From the NCBI GenBank assembly GCA_963713185.1, contig CAVQKV010000004.1, forward strand, positions 248,416 through 312,415: a stretch of DNA of 64,000 nucleotides, in the 5' to 3' direction. The position numbers and the translations under genes are program-made. Shown here one piece after another: positions 56,781-64,000 of the stretch. Position 1 is the first letter of the stretch. Every line of letters starts with the position of its first letter. This DNA is from an uncultured Actinomycetes bacterium (GTDB taxonomy: Bacteria > Actinomycetota > UBA4738 > HRBIN12). Below the pieces are notes generated by a model. The model did not search any database. It worked only from the letters and a program-made list of their open reading frames with translations, and had not been told where the DNA came from.

Positions 56781-57074
56781 TGGGGTGACCTCGCGGGGAG
56801 TCGTCGGTTCCGGGAATCGGTACAGAGGTGCCTCGCACCTGGGACAGGCGGTCCCGTCCGTCTCGCCGGTTCAGTCACACCGGAGGCGGACCCGCTCGTT
56901 CAGAACGGCCTCCTCGGCCAGTCACGCGGGCATGGCTCGCAGATTCTCGGGCGGAGTCTAGACCGCGGGCTCGCGGTGCGGCGCTGGCTCCCGGTGCGCC
57001 TGGTGGTCGGGTGAGACCCCGAGACCGGCGACACAGTTCCCTTCAGCACGGAGACCGGTGGCTACTTCCGCCGG

Positions 57075-57230
57075 TCACCTGAGGCGGTGCGTGAACCGTC
57101 TACGCGCAATCGGAACAATGAGCACGAGCAGGATGATCGCGGCTGTTACCCCAGCGTGAAGGGCGGGCGGCAACCACATGAACGTCGCGGCGATGAGGAA
57201 CAACGCCACACTCAGCCTGACTCTGAGCAT
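57075..57230 (-). CDS. Possible small membrane protein (one indel)
   Basis: MLRVRLSVALFLIAATFMWLPP then RWVTAAIILLVLIVPIARRRF; GGAGG upstream. Confidence 0.3.
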   Translation of the reverse strand: MLRVRLSVALFLIAATFMWLPPALHAGVTAAIILLVLIVPIARRRFTHRLR

Positions 57231-57280
57231 CACTCCATCCCTCCACCCCTACCCGTCAACTCGGCCCCCGATCCGACATC

Positions 57281-57497
57281 TCACGCGTGGTGGAGCCGCG
57301 CGCGGACAAGGTGGTAGAGCCCGATCAGCAGAGGAATCAGGGCAAACAGCGGAAGTAGCTCGGCGTCGTGTGTACCTTCCCGATTGGTCGTCGCGACGAG
57401 CCACCACATGGCGAGCATCCCGGCAAGAACAAACGCTCCGGCGATGAGCCAGCGAATCCCCTGAGCGCCTCTCTTCTTGAGAGGTTCGAGGCTTCAT
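57281..57497 (-). CDS. Small two-TM membrane protein (one indel just after the start)
   Basis: AGGAGG RBS; GIRWLIAGAFVLAGMLAMWWLV...LLPLFALIPLLIGLYHLVRARL. Confidence 0.45.
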
Positions 57498-57714
57498 GTC
57501 GCCTCCTGTCGACGACTTGCATGTCAACCGTCTGACCACGGATGGCCAGCGGAGAGAGGCCTTCGGCCCGATTGGCGCGGGCCGCCTGTCATGTACGTTC
57601 CGGGAACGTCACCAGCGTCACGCGTCCAGAGTACCGACTTGCCCGCCCGTACACAGGGGATGAGACTAGATTCGGCCTCAGGCTGCGTCGCCCGAACCGA
57701 AAGGAGGTCACCGC

Positions 57715-57993
57715 ATGATCGCGGCCGACATTTCGTTCTGGACCGTCGTTTGGTATGCCTTCGCCGGTCTTGTCATCGGTTTGCTGGCGCGGCTACTCAT
57801 GCCGGGCAGGCAGAACATGAACATCGTCGTGACGATCCTGCTTGGCGTGATCGCCGCTATCGTCGGTGCCTTCTTGTGGAATGCGATCTTCGTGGATCAG
57901 GAGGGTGTCGCGTGGATCGGTGGGATCGTGGTCGCGGTTATCCTTCTCTGGCTCTATTCGCGGTTCGCACCGAAGGCCCGCCGGAGCGAATGA
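57715..57993 (+). CDS. GlsB/YeaQ/YmgE (transglycosylase-associated) membrane protein
   Basis: GLVIGLLARLLMPG...TILLGVIAAIVG; AGGAGG RBS. Confidence 0.85.
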   Translation: MIAADISFWTVVWYAFAGLVIGLLARLLMPGRQNMNIVVTILLGVIAAIVGAFLWNAIFVDQEGVAWIGGIVVAVILLWLYSRFAPKARRSE

Positions 57994-58118
57994 CTCTGCC
58001 TTCGTAGCCTCCCGTTATCGCTCACTCGGGCGACATTCCTGGACGCTCGCCCACGACGACGTTCCCTTTGCGGCCGTGTCATAGCTCGGAAAATGCGGTC
58101 GGATCCGGACGAGCCAGG

Positions 58119-58171
58119 GTGCGAGAGGGGGGAGTCGAACCCCCACGCCCTTGCGGGCACCGGATCCTAAG
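58119..58171 (-). tRNA. tRNA-Leu(TAG) 3'-half fragment (att core, not an intact gene), copy C
   Basis: Minus strand CTTAGGA-TCCGG-T-GCCCGCAAGGGC-GT-GGGGG TTCGACT CCCCC-CTCTCGC-A: anticodon loop, long variable arm, T arm, acceptor 3' strand. No 5' half. Confidence 0.88.
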
Positions 58172-58370
58172 TTTGCTGCGGCCAGGCACGGATCTCGGCT
58201 CTACCTGTCGTCCTATGTCATCTGATGTCGTCCTATGTCATCCGGTGTCGTTCCGTCGTGAGCAAGATGTGAGCAAGAGCCGATGACCGGAGCGCCTTCC
58301 ACGTCTACGTGGAGCAGAATCCGCGGATCGAGAGGGCCGGGTGTGGCAGGGACGAAGATCGTCGCTCAGC
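58172..58370. repeat. att arm: five 10-bp repeats, paired GTGAGCAAG, conserved extension
   Basis: tgtcgtccta/tgtcatctga/tgtcgtccta/tgtcatccgg/tgtcgttccg, gtgagcaag-at-gtgagcaag; homologous to 62397-62594. Confidence 0.85.
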
Positions 58371-58382
58371 GAGAGGGGAACC

Positions 58383-59327
58383 ATGAGTGAGCAGAAGAGC
58401 CTCCACGTCGTCCTCGGGATGGGTCCACTGGGCATCGCCGTGGCCCGCCATCTGACGACTCGAGGAGAACGAGTTCGAGCGGTGAGCCGAACGGGCCGCG
58501 TCCACCTGTCGGAGAGTGTGGAAGTCGTCGCCGCGAACGTCGGGGCGGGGGCCGAAGCGACTCAGGCGTGCGAGGGGGCAGCCGTCGTCTATCACTGTGC
58601 CAACCCGCCGTACGCGAAATGGCGCGAGCTACATCCTCCGCTCATGCAGGCGATCATCGAGGGGGCGGCGGCGGCCGAAGCGAAGCTCGTGTTCGGGGAC
58701 AACCTCTACGCCTACGGCCGGGTGGATGGACCTCTTACCGAGGACATGCCCGACCGGGCCGAGGGCCCCAACGGCCGTACCCGGGCGGAGATCGCGGAGA
58801 AGCTGATGCAGGCTCACGAGTTGGGTCGGATCCGGGCGACGATCGGGCGGGGCTCGGACTTCTTCGGTCCCCACGCGCACCTCTCGACGGTCGGTGACCG
58901 GGTCTTCGCCCGGGCGATGGCGGGGAAGCCGGCACAGGTCCTGGGCAACCCCGATGTCCCGCATACCGTGACCTACATCGACGACTTCGCCCGCGCCCTC
59001 GTGACGCTGGGGGAACGTGACGAAGCCCTGGGACAGGTGTGGCATGTCCCCAACCCCGAGACGGTCACGATGCGCCGGTTCGTTCAAATGGTCTTCGAGG
59101 CGGCTGGCCAGCCTCCCCGCCTGCGAGCGGCGCCGCGGTGGGGGATCGCGTTCGCAGCCCTGTTCAATCCGACCCTACGTGCTGTGAAGGAGCAGCTCTA
59201 TCAGTCCGAGCAACCTTGGGTGGTCGATAGCGGCAAGTTCGAGCGGGCCTTCGGCTGGGAGGCGACGGCGCTCTCCGATGCCGTCGGTATGACGGTCGCC
59301 TGGTTCCACGAGCATCCGAAGGGCTAA
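58383..59327 (+). CDS. NAD-dependent epimerase/dehydratase family protein
   Basis: VVLGMGPLG, ANPPY, DNLYAYG, SDFFGP, TYIDDFA. Confidence 0.88.
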   Translation: MSEQKSLHVVLGMGPLGIAVARHLTTRGERVRAVSRTGRVHLSESVEVVAANVGAGAEATQACEGAAVVYHCANPPYAKWRELHPPLMQAIIEGAAAAEAKLVFGDNLYAYGRVDGPLTEDMPDRAEGPNGRTRAEIAEKLMQAHELGRIRATIGRGSDFFGPHAHLSTVGDRVFARAMAGKPAQVLGNPDVPHTVTYIDDFARALVTLGERDEALGQVWHVPNPETVTMRRFVQMVFEAAGQPPRLRAAPRWGIAFAALFNPTLRAVKEQLYQSEQPWVVDSGKFERAFGWEATALSDAVGMTVAWFHEHPKG

Positions 59328-59611
59328 GGTCAACGCAACGGACGGCTCCTACATCGAAACGTCCCGCGAGAAGCTCGATGCGCACCTAGGGGACTGCTGC
59401 TGGGGCGCACCGTGCATACCTGGCGTACCACGAGCCGTCTGCCCGAGACGCCCGCGTGTGGACCGTCGCGTTCTTCGAGGCCTACCACCTGCTGACTGCT
59501 TGCCCACCGGCCCCTCCAAGGCGGCGGTCCGACATCGTGCCGTCGGATCCCGCGGCGCTTCGCTCACTGGCGGGAGCTATGGTGAGGTCGTCCTCGGGAG
59601 AGGGAGTTGGC

Positions 59612-60079
59612 ATGGCCGGAGGCAAAGCGCGCCTACCACCCCGGTGGTTCGTCGTGACCTTCTGGCACGTGCACCGGCTGTCCGTCCGGGCCACCGGGGG
59701 GCGCAAGGGGTTGTGGCCTCCGCGCCCGGGTAAGTGGGGCGCCCTGCGGCTCACCACGAGGGGCCGGCGCAGCGGCGAGGCGCGGAGCGTGATCGTCGGC
59801 TACTACGAAGACGGGCTCAACCTGGTCTCGATGGCCATGAACGGCTGGGGTGCGGCCGAGCCAGCGTGGTGGCTGAACCTGCAGGCCCATCCGGAGGCGG
59901 TCGTCGAGCTGGCCGGTCGGATCCGGCGCGAGGTGCTCGGGAGGGCGGCGATAGGCGAGGAGCGTGAGCGGCTGTGGCGGCGCTGGAGTGAGCTGGACAA
60001 GAACCTCGACGACTACGCCGCGCGACGCCCACAGGAAACGGCGGTCGTCGTCCTCGAGCCGCGCGTGGTGGCCGAATGA
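59612..60079 (+). CDS. Deazaflavin (F420)-dependent nitroreductase family protein
   Basis: LTTRGRRSG, PAWWLNLQAHP, YAARR...VVVLEP. Confidence 0.85.
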   Translation: MAGGKARLPPRWFVVTFWHVHRLSVRATGGRKGLWPPRPGKWGALRLTTRGRRSGEARSVIVGYYEDGLNLVSMAMNGWGAAEPAWWLNLQAHPEAVVELAGRIRREVLGRAAIGEERERLWRRWSELDKNLDDYAARRPQETAVVVLEPRVVAE

Positions 60080-60285
60080 GCCGGCCGATTTCACGTCGCA
60101 GCCTGACCAGGGGCTGGAGCGCCGTCAGACCGTGATGACCACGTTGCTCCCGTCTGGCTACCTGGTCGGGAAGCGGGACGCAGCCAACGTCAGCGGGATT
60201 CTTGATTCGGGCTGGAGCACCGGCCCAGCAGCTTCCATGACTGATGTCAACCGAGATTCCGCCGGTCAAGGCCCCGTGCGTCCGG

Positions 60286-60307
60286 ATGTGTCCCGCATGT
60301 GTCCCGC
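60286..60307. repeat. Perfect 11-bp tandem repeat ATGTGTCCCGC x2 (arm-site-like)
   Basis: Read directly; intergenic. Confidence 0.7.
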
Positions 60308-60613
60308 GACGGACCGCAAGAACGTGCAAACGGATGTTGACACGAGACACTCATCGCCCACCAAGAGACTTCTGGCCGCTCGGATCACCAACCCCACGCT
60401 GTTCTCAGTCTCAGGAAGGGTAGGCTTCCAGTCTGATCGCGAAGGCGCCATTCGGTGGGACCGCCCTGCGTGCCCCACTCGCCGTGGGGGAGGAGCGTGT
60501 TGATCTCCCAGGCGATCTGGTCCCCCTTCGCGTCCACGACCCTGACGTCGCGGAGGATGTTATCGAGGGCGCGAGCCTCATCGGTGGTCACCTACCACAC
60601 TTGGCCGCTGGTC

Positions 60614-61669
60614 TCAGCCGCCCGCGCCGGCGGCCGAACGCTTGCGCTGCCGCCGACGCCCGTTCCCACTGCTGGTGCCCATCAGCGGCCGAAGGAACCG
60701 GTCGACGGGGAGCCGCGCCTGGCCGCCCATGCGCCGCTCCACCCACGCCCCGATGGCCACCCACAGTCCAACACCGAGCACGATGATCGCCAAGGTGAAC
60801 AGGAAGTAGCCGGCCACGAAGTCGATGTTCTGCTCGTCGAGGAATCTCGAGTACTCCGACATGCCGCCCATCCCTGAGATCACAGCCAGTGGCAGGAAGA
60901 CGACGTTCACGACGGTCAGGCTCTTGATCAGCACGTTCATGTTGTTGTTCACGATGTTGCCCCGAGCATCGAGCAGGCCAGCGAGCACCGTGGTGTAGAT
61001 GTGACCCTGCCGGTCGGCCTGGCCGTTGTCGATCTCCACGTCGTCGAGCAGCTCCAGGTCCTGGGCGGTCAGGCCTACCCGCTCCGCCGCGGCCCGCAGC
61101 TTCGTCAGCACGACCGCGTTGCTCCCGATGGCGTCGGTGTAGTAGATGAGGTCCTCGGTCAGGTCGAACATGCGCACGAGCGCCCGGTTGTCCAGCGTCC
61201 GGTTCAGCTCGGCCTGGAGGTGCCCGGCCACCCGCTTGATCGCCCGCAGTCGCGCGAGGAACTCCTCCACGGTCGCCTGCATCATCCGCAGCACGAGCTC
61301 ACCGGCCGAGTGCGCCTCGCGGATCCTCGAGAAGTCGATGGGCTGGACCTCGTCGGCAACGACGACAGTGAGGCGGCCGGGGTCCAAGAAGATCCCCACC
61401 GAGGACAGCTCGAAACGAGCCGCGTCGACGTCGGCGCGACGGTCGGGCCGCTTCCAGATGATCGTTGCCCGCTCGGTCAGCGGGTCGAATTCGAGCCGCG
61501 AGATCTCCTCCGGGTCCAGGACCGAGTTGAGCGTGTGCTCGTCGATCCCGAGGCCCTCCTGCAGGAGCTGTCGCTCCTCCTTCGTCGGAGCGGAGAAGAC
61601 CGTGATGGGGCCGGTCTCGGGCGTGACCTCGACGAGCGTTCCTTCCTGAAGCTCGAAGTCTGTGCGCAT
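60614..61669 (-). CDS. corA: CorA family magnesium transporter
   Basis: LDPEEISRLE, NNNMNVLIKSLT, two C-terminal TMs with GMGGMSE variant of the GMN loop; upstream M-box. Confidence 0.88.
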   Translation of the reverse strand: MRTDFELQEGTLVEVTPETGPITVFSAPTKEERQLLQEGLGIDEHTLNSVLDPEEISRLEFDPLTERATIIWKRPDRRADVDAARFELSSVGIFLDPGRLTVVVADEVQPIDFSRIREAHSAGELVLRMMQATVEEFLARLRAIKRVAGHLQAELNRTLDNRALVRMFDLTEDLIYYTDAIGSNAVVLTKLRAAAERVGLTAQDLELLDDVEIDNGQADRQGHIYTTVLAGLLDARGNIVNNNMNVLIKSLTVVNVVFLPLAVISGMGGMSEYSRFLDEQNIDFVAGYFLFTLAIIVLGVGLWVAIGAWVERRMGGQARLPVDRFLRPLMGTSSGNGRRRQRKRSAAGAGG

Positions 61670-61771
61670 CGGGGGACCTCCTTCCGTTGACGCGCGCGGA
61701 TGAGCCGAACATGACTGGTCGACCGCTACGCGGACAGAGGCTCCCTCGGGGTCGCGCGGCCCGCGATGCGC

Positions 61772-61867
61772 CTAGGGGCGGATCGGGCGGCGCACGAACC
61801 GATGCGACCGGGGCGTTCTTCGAGGATGGACATGACCACGTAACGGCAGGGGACTTCGGCCGTCCAT
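61772..61867 (-). CDS. Putative Pro/Arg-rich leader peptide (uORF) between M-box and corA
   Basis: GGAAGGAGGGGT-ATG; MDGRSPLPLRGHVHPRRTPRSHRFVRRPIRP*. Confidence 0.3.
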   Translation of the reverse strand: MDGRSPLPLRGHVHPRRTPRSHRFVRRPIRP

Positions 61868-61959
61868 ACCCCTCCTTCCCGGCCCATCCTCCGCACCTGA
61901 GGCAGGGGTGTACGCCCGCAGGCCATCCGGGCTCGTCGGGACCAGGTCTCGACGCATCC

Positions 61960-62120
61960 CCCACTCGTAAGAGCTTTGGCGCCACACGGCGTAGATCCCT
62001 CTCGGGACCAGCTGCCTGGGGTCAACCCTTATGTCGGGCAGACCTGTCCTGATCCGGAGCGTCTCTCGACGGGCGGGATCAGCAGCCTTTGTCCGTGCGG
62101 TTGCCTCACCGAACGAGGTG
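61960..62120 (-). ncRNA. M-box (ykoK) Mg2+ riboswitch
   Basis: Minus strand CTCGTTcGGTGAGGC...GCTGCTG...GTCGAGAGACGC...ACAGG...CGACATAAGG...GCAGCTGG...TACGCCGTGTGG.GCCAAAGCTCTTACGAG matches ykoK conserved blocks in order; upstream of corA. Confidence 0.9.
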
Positions 62121-62183
62121 CGACTTCGCATCCGGAGTATTGGCGCCTGAGCCGGACGCGTCAACCGTCGCCGACCGCGCGTG

Positions 62184-62343
62184 AGTCGTCTGGTGTCGTC
62201 CTGTGTCACCCGGTGTCGTCCCGTGTCACCCGGTGTCGGGCCGATGTGCCCGGGTCTCGCGTCTGTGAGCAAGTGTGAGCAAGACGGCATCCTCGGCCAG
62301 TCGCTCGACAGGGTCAAGAACGAAGATCCGCAGGTCAGAGGGA
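62184..62343. repeat. att left arm: six 10-bp repeats, paired GTGAGCAAG, GATCCGCAGGTCAG
   Basis: agtcgtctgg/tgtcgtcctg/tgtcacccgg/tgtcgtcccg/tgtcacccgg/tgtcgggccg; gtgagcaag-t-gtgagcaag. Confidence 0.82.
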
Positions 62344-62396
62344 GTGCGAGAGGGGAGAGTCGAACTCCCACGCCCTTGCGGGCACCGGATCCTAAG
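62344..62396 (-). tRNA. tRNA-Leu(TAG) 3'-half fragment (att core), copy D
   Basis: CTTAGGA-TCCGG-T-GCCCGCAAGGGC-GT-GGGAG TTCGACT CTCCC-CTCTCGC-A; no 5' half. Confidence 0.88.
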
Positions 62397-62594
62397 GTTG
62401 CTGCGGCCAGGCACGGATGCCGGCTGCACGTGTCGTCCTGTGTCGTCCCGTGTCGTCAGGTATCCGTGGTGTCGTCCCGTCGTGAGCAAGCGGTGAGCAA
62501 GTGCCGATGAGCGGAGCGCCATCCTCGTCTACGGGAAGCAGAATCCGGGCATCGCTAGGGGTGGGTAGCGCAGGCCCTGGAAGCGTCGCTGAGC
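62397..62594. repeat. att right arm: 10-bp repeats, paired GTGAGCAAG, conserved extension
   Basis: tgtcgtcctg/tgtcgtcccg/tgtcgtcagg/tatccgtgg/tgtcgtcccg, gtgagcaag-cg-gtgagcaag; homologous to 58172-58370. Confidence 0.85.
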
Positions 62595-62621
62595 CGCAAC
62601 GCTTCGCGACCCATCCGTGAC

Positions 62622-62655
62622 GGAGGCCTCACGCGCCCCGGCGGGGTGGGCCTCC
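62622..62655. terminator. Possible hairpin downstream of the dienelactone hydrolase gene
   Basis: GGAGGCCtCAC...GTGGGCCTCC inverted repeat. Confidence 0.3.
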
Positions 62656-62768
62656 CCGCGGTCTAGGAGTGTCGATTCCCGCCGGAAGCGACATCTTGTC
62701 CGCGCTCTTACTCAGGTCGGACGTGTATCCACCTGTTGCTCGACCTGGTCGAGTGTGAGAACGGGCTG

Positions 62769-63443
62769 CTAGGTGTTGGCTGAGCGACTCCTGACGTGCT
62801 CGGCGAAGAAGGCGAGCACCCGGTGCCAGGAATCCTCTGCCGCTGCCGCGTCGTAGGTCTTGGGCAGCTGGTCGTTGAAGAAGGCGTGCTTCGTTCCCGG
62901 GTAGACCTTGATGTCGTGAGGAACTCCAGCGACCGTCAGCTCGGTCTCAAGGATGCGCGCGGCTTTCGTGGTGAAGTCCTTGTCCGGCCACGACCCCACC
63001 ACCGGGCAGAGCCTTCCGATCGCCGTTCTGGGTCTTGGGGCCGTCCCGTAGTAAGGGGCTATGGCCTTCAGGCGTTTGTCCGTGCAGGCCCAGGTGAGCA
63101 CGATCGAGCCGCCAAGGCAGAACCCGACCGCGCCGACCCGCGCAGCGTCGACCTCGGGACGGTTGGCCAGTCGCCCTAGGGCGGCCTTGAGGGCTGGGAC
63201 GCCGAAATAGTCCAGGTTGCCAACCATTCCGCCGATGAACATGCGGGCCATGCACACGACCCGATTGCGGCCGTCGAACAGGTCCACACCGAGGGCCGCA
63301 TACCCGTGCTCGGCCAAGCGCCCGCAGATGTCGCGGATGTTGTCGTTCAATCCGAAGGCTTCGTGGACCACCACTACTCCGGGATGCGGTCCGATGCCCG
63401 CAGGCAAGGCGAGGTAGGAGCTGGACGAGGATTCAGTCTTCAT
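62769..63443 (-). CDS. Dienelactone hydrolase family protein
   Basis: HEAFGLN, GFCLGG, YPGTKHAFFN. Confidence 0.9.
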   Translation of the reverse strand: MKTESSSSSYLALPAGIGPHPGVVVVHEAFGLNDNIRDICGRLAEHGYAALGVDLFDGRNRVVCMARMFIGGMVGNLDYFGVPALKAALGRLANRPEVDAARVGAVGFCLGGSIVLTWACTDKRLKAIAPYYGTAPRPRTAIGRLCPVVGSWPDKDFTTKAARILETELTVAGVPHDIKVYPGTKHAFFNDQLPKTYDAAAAEDSWHRVLAFFAEHVRSRSANT

Positions 63444-63542
63444 CCCGCCAGTATCAGTCGATGCCCTTCTCCGCGTCAGGCACCGCCTGGAAGTGTGGGT
63501 TCGTTAGGAGCGACATCCTGTGACCGGAGAACCGCCGGACGG

Positions 63543-63992
63543 CTACAAAGAAGACGTCTTCGGGTCCTCTAGCAGACGCTTCAGGCTTGTCCAGATTCTC
63601 AGTTCCTGCCGCCGACCAATCCAGGCGACCACCGGGCCCACGAGCTTGAGCACGCCGCGCAGCTCCAACTCCCACGACCACCGCATCCGTGTCCCTCCGG
63701 GAACGGGATCGAACGTCAGGGCGCCTTGAGTATCCATGGAGGACATGTGGGTCGATGACGCGAGTCGCCGGGGTCGCTCGTAGCCGGTGAACTCGATGTC
63801 CATTTTGATGGTTCGGCCCATGCTCACGAGCTCCGCCCGGTACTGCGTGCCGAGGCCGATGGGGCCTTCGGAGATCTGCTCGGCCCGACGCATTCGGGCG
63901 TTGTAGCGGGGCTCGTTCCGCTCGTCGGCGACGAAGTCGAAGACCTCTTCCACCGGTCGGTTGATTACGATCTCACCTTCCACCTGGACCAT
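63543..63992 (-). CDS. SRPBCC (polyketide cyclase/dehydrase-like) protein
   Basis: INRPVEEVFDFVADERNEP, YERPRR, GGTRMRW. Confidence 0.85.
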   Translation of the reverse strand: MVQVEGEIVINRPVEEVFDFVADERNEPRYNARMRRAEQISEGPIGLGTQYRAELVSMGRTIKMDIEFTGYERPRRLASSTHMSSMDTQGALTFDPVPGGTRMRWSWELELRGVLKLVGPVVAWIGRRQELRIWTSLKRLLEDPKTSSL

Positions 63993-64000
63993 GGCGATGT

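Noticed and set aside
58119-58200. Intact, split or permuted tRNA gene
   Set aside because: No 5' acceptor strand or D-arm is adjacent or elsewhere in the window. The break at the anticodon loop with arm-like flanks fits an att site better.
60440-60591. DUF47-like gene downstream of corA
   Set aside because: Only a short KGDQIAWEI resemblance in a truncated ORF; not enough to assign.
62184-62500. CRISPR array
   Set aside because: Units are 10 bp, contiguous and without spacers; no cas genes are present.

Overview
Very GC-rich actinobacterial DNA. The lineage is inferred from gene order and codon style. Many single-base indels break conserved genes and look like long-read assembly errors. 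Bases 1-22039 are core genome: malic enzyme with pntAa/pntAb/pntB, DUF885, adenosine deaminase, fabI, a CBS/DUF294 protein, an amidohydrolase, PfkB, a Cys-type selD, and the conserved mec-moeB-cysO-(inserted peptidase)-cysM-murI-MBL-rph-rdgB block. From 22040 to the end is an accessory patchwork of about 42 kb, made of small metabolic and stress genes and gene remnants. It is punctuated by four co-oriented remnants of the 3' half of a tRNA-Leu(TAG), at about 38.4, 50.7, 58.1 and 62.3 kb. Three of them break exactly at the anticodon loop and carry a conserved flank with five 10-bp phased repeats; two also carry paired GTGAGCAAG boxes. I could not recognise an integrase between them. The best candidate for an undescribed system is therefore a tandem array of integrase-less, tRNA-att-bounded gene cassettes. 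Also notable are an M-box riboswitch with a Pro-rich uORF before corA, a comEC fragment, selD beside a sulfur-carrier pathway whose carrier has a masked GG terminus, and a 14-bp repeat that forms a relay of coupled mini-ORFs.
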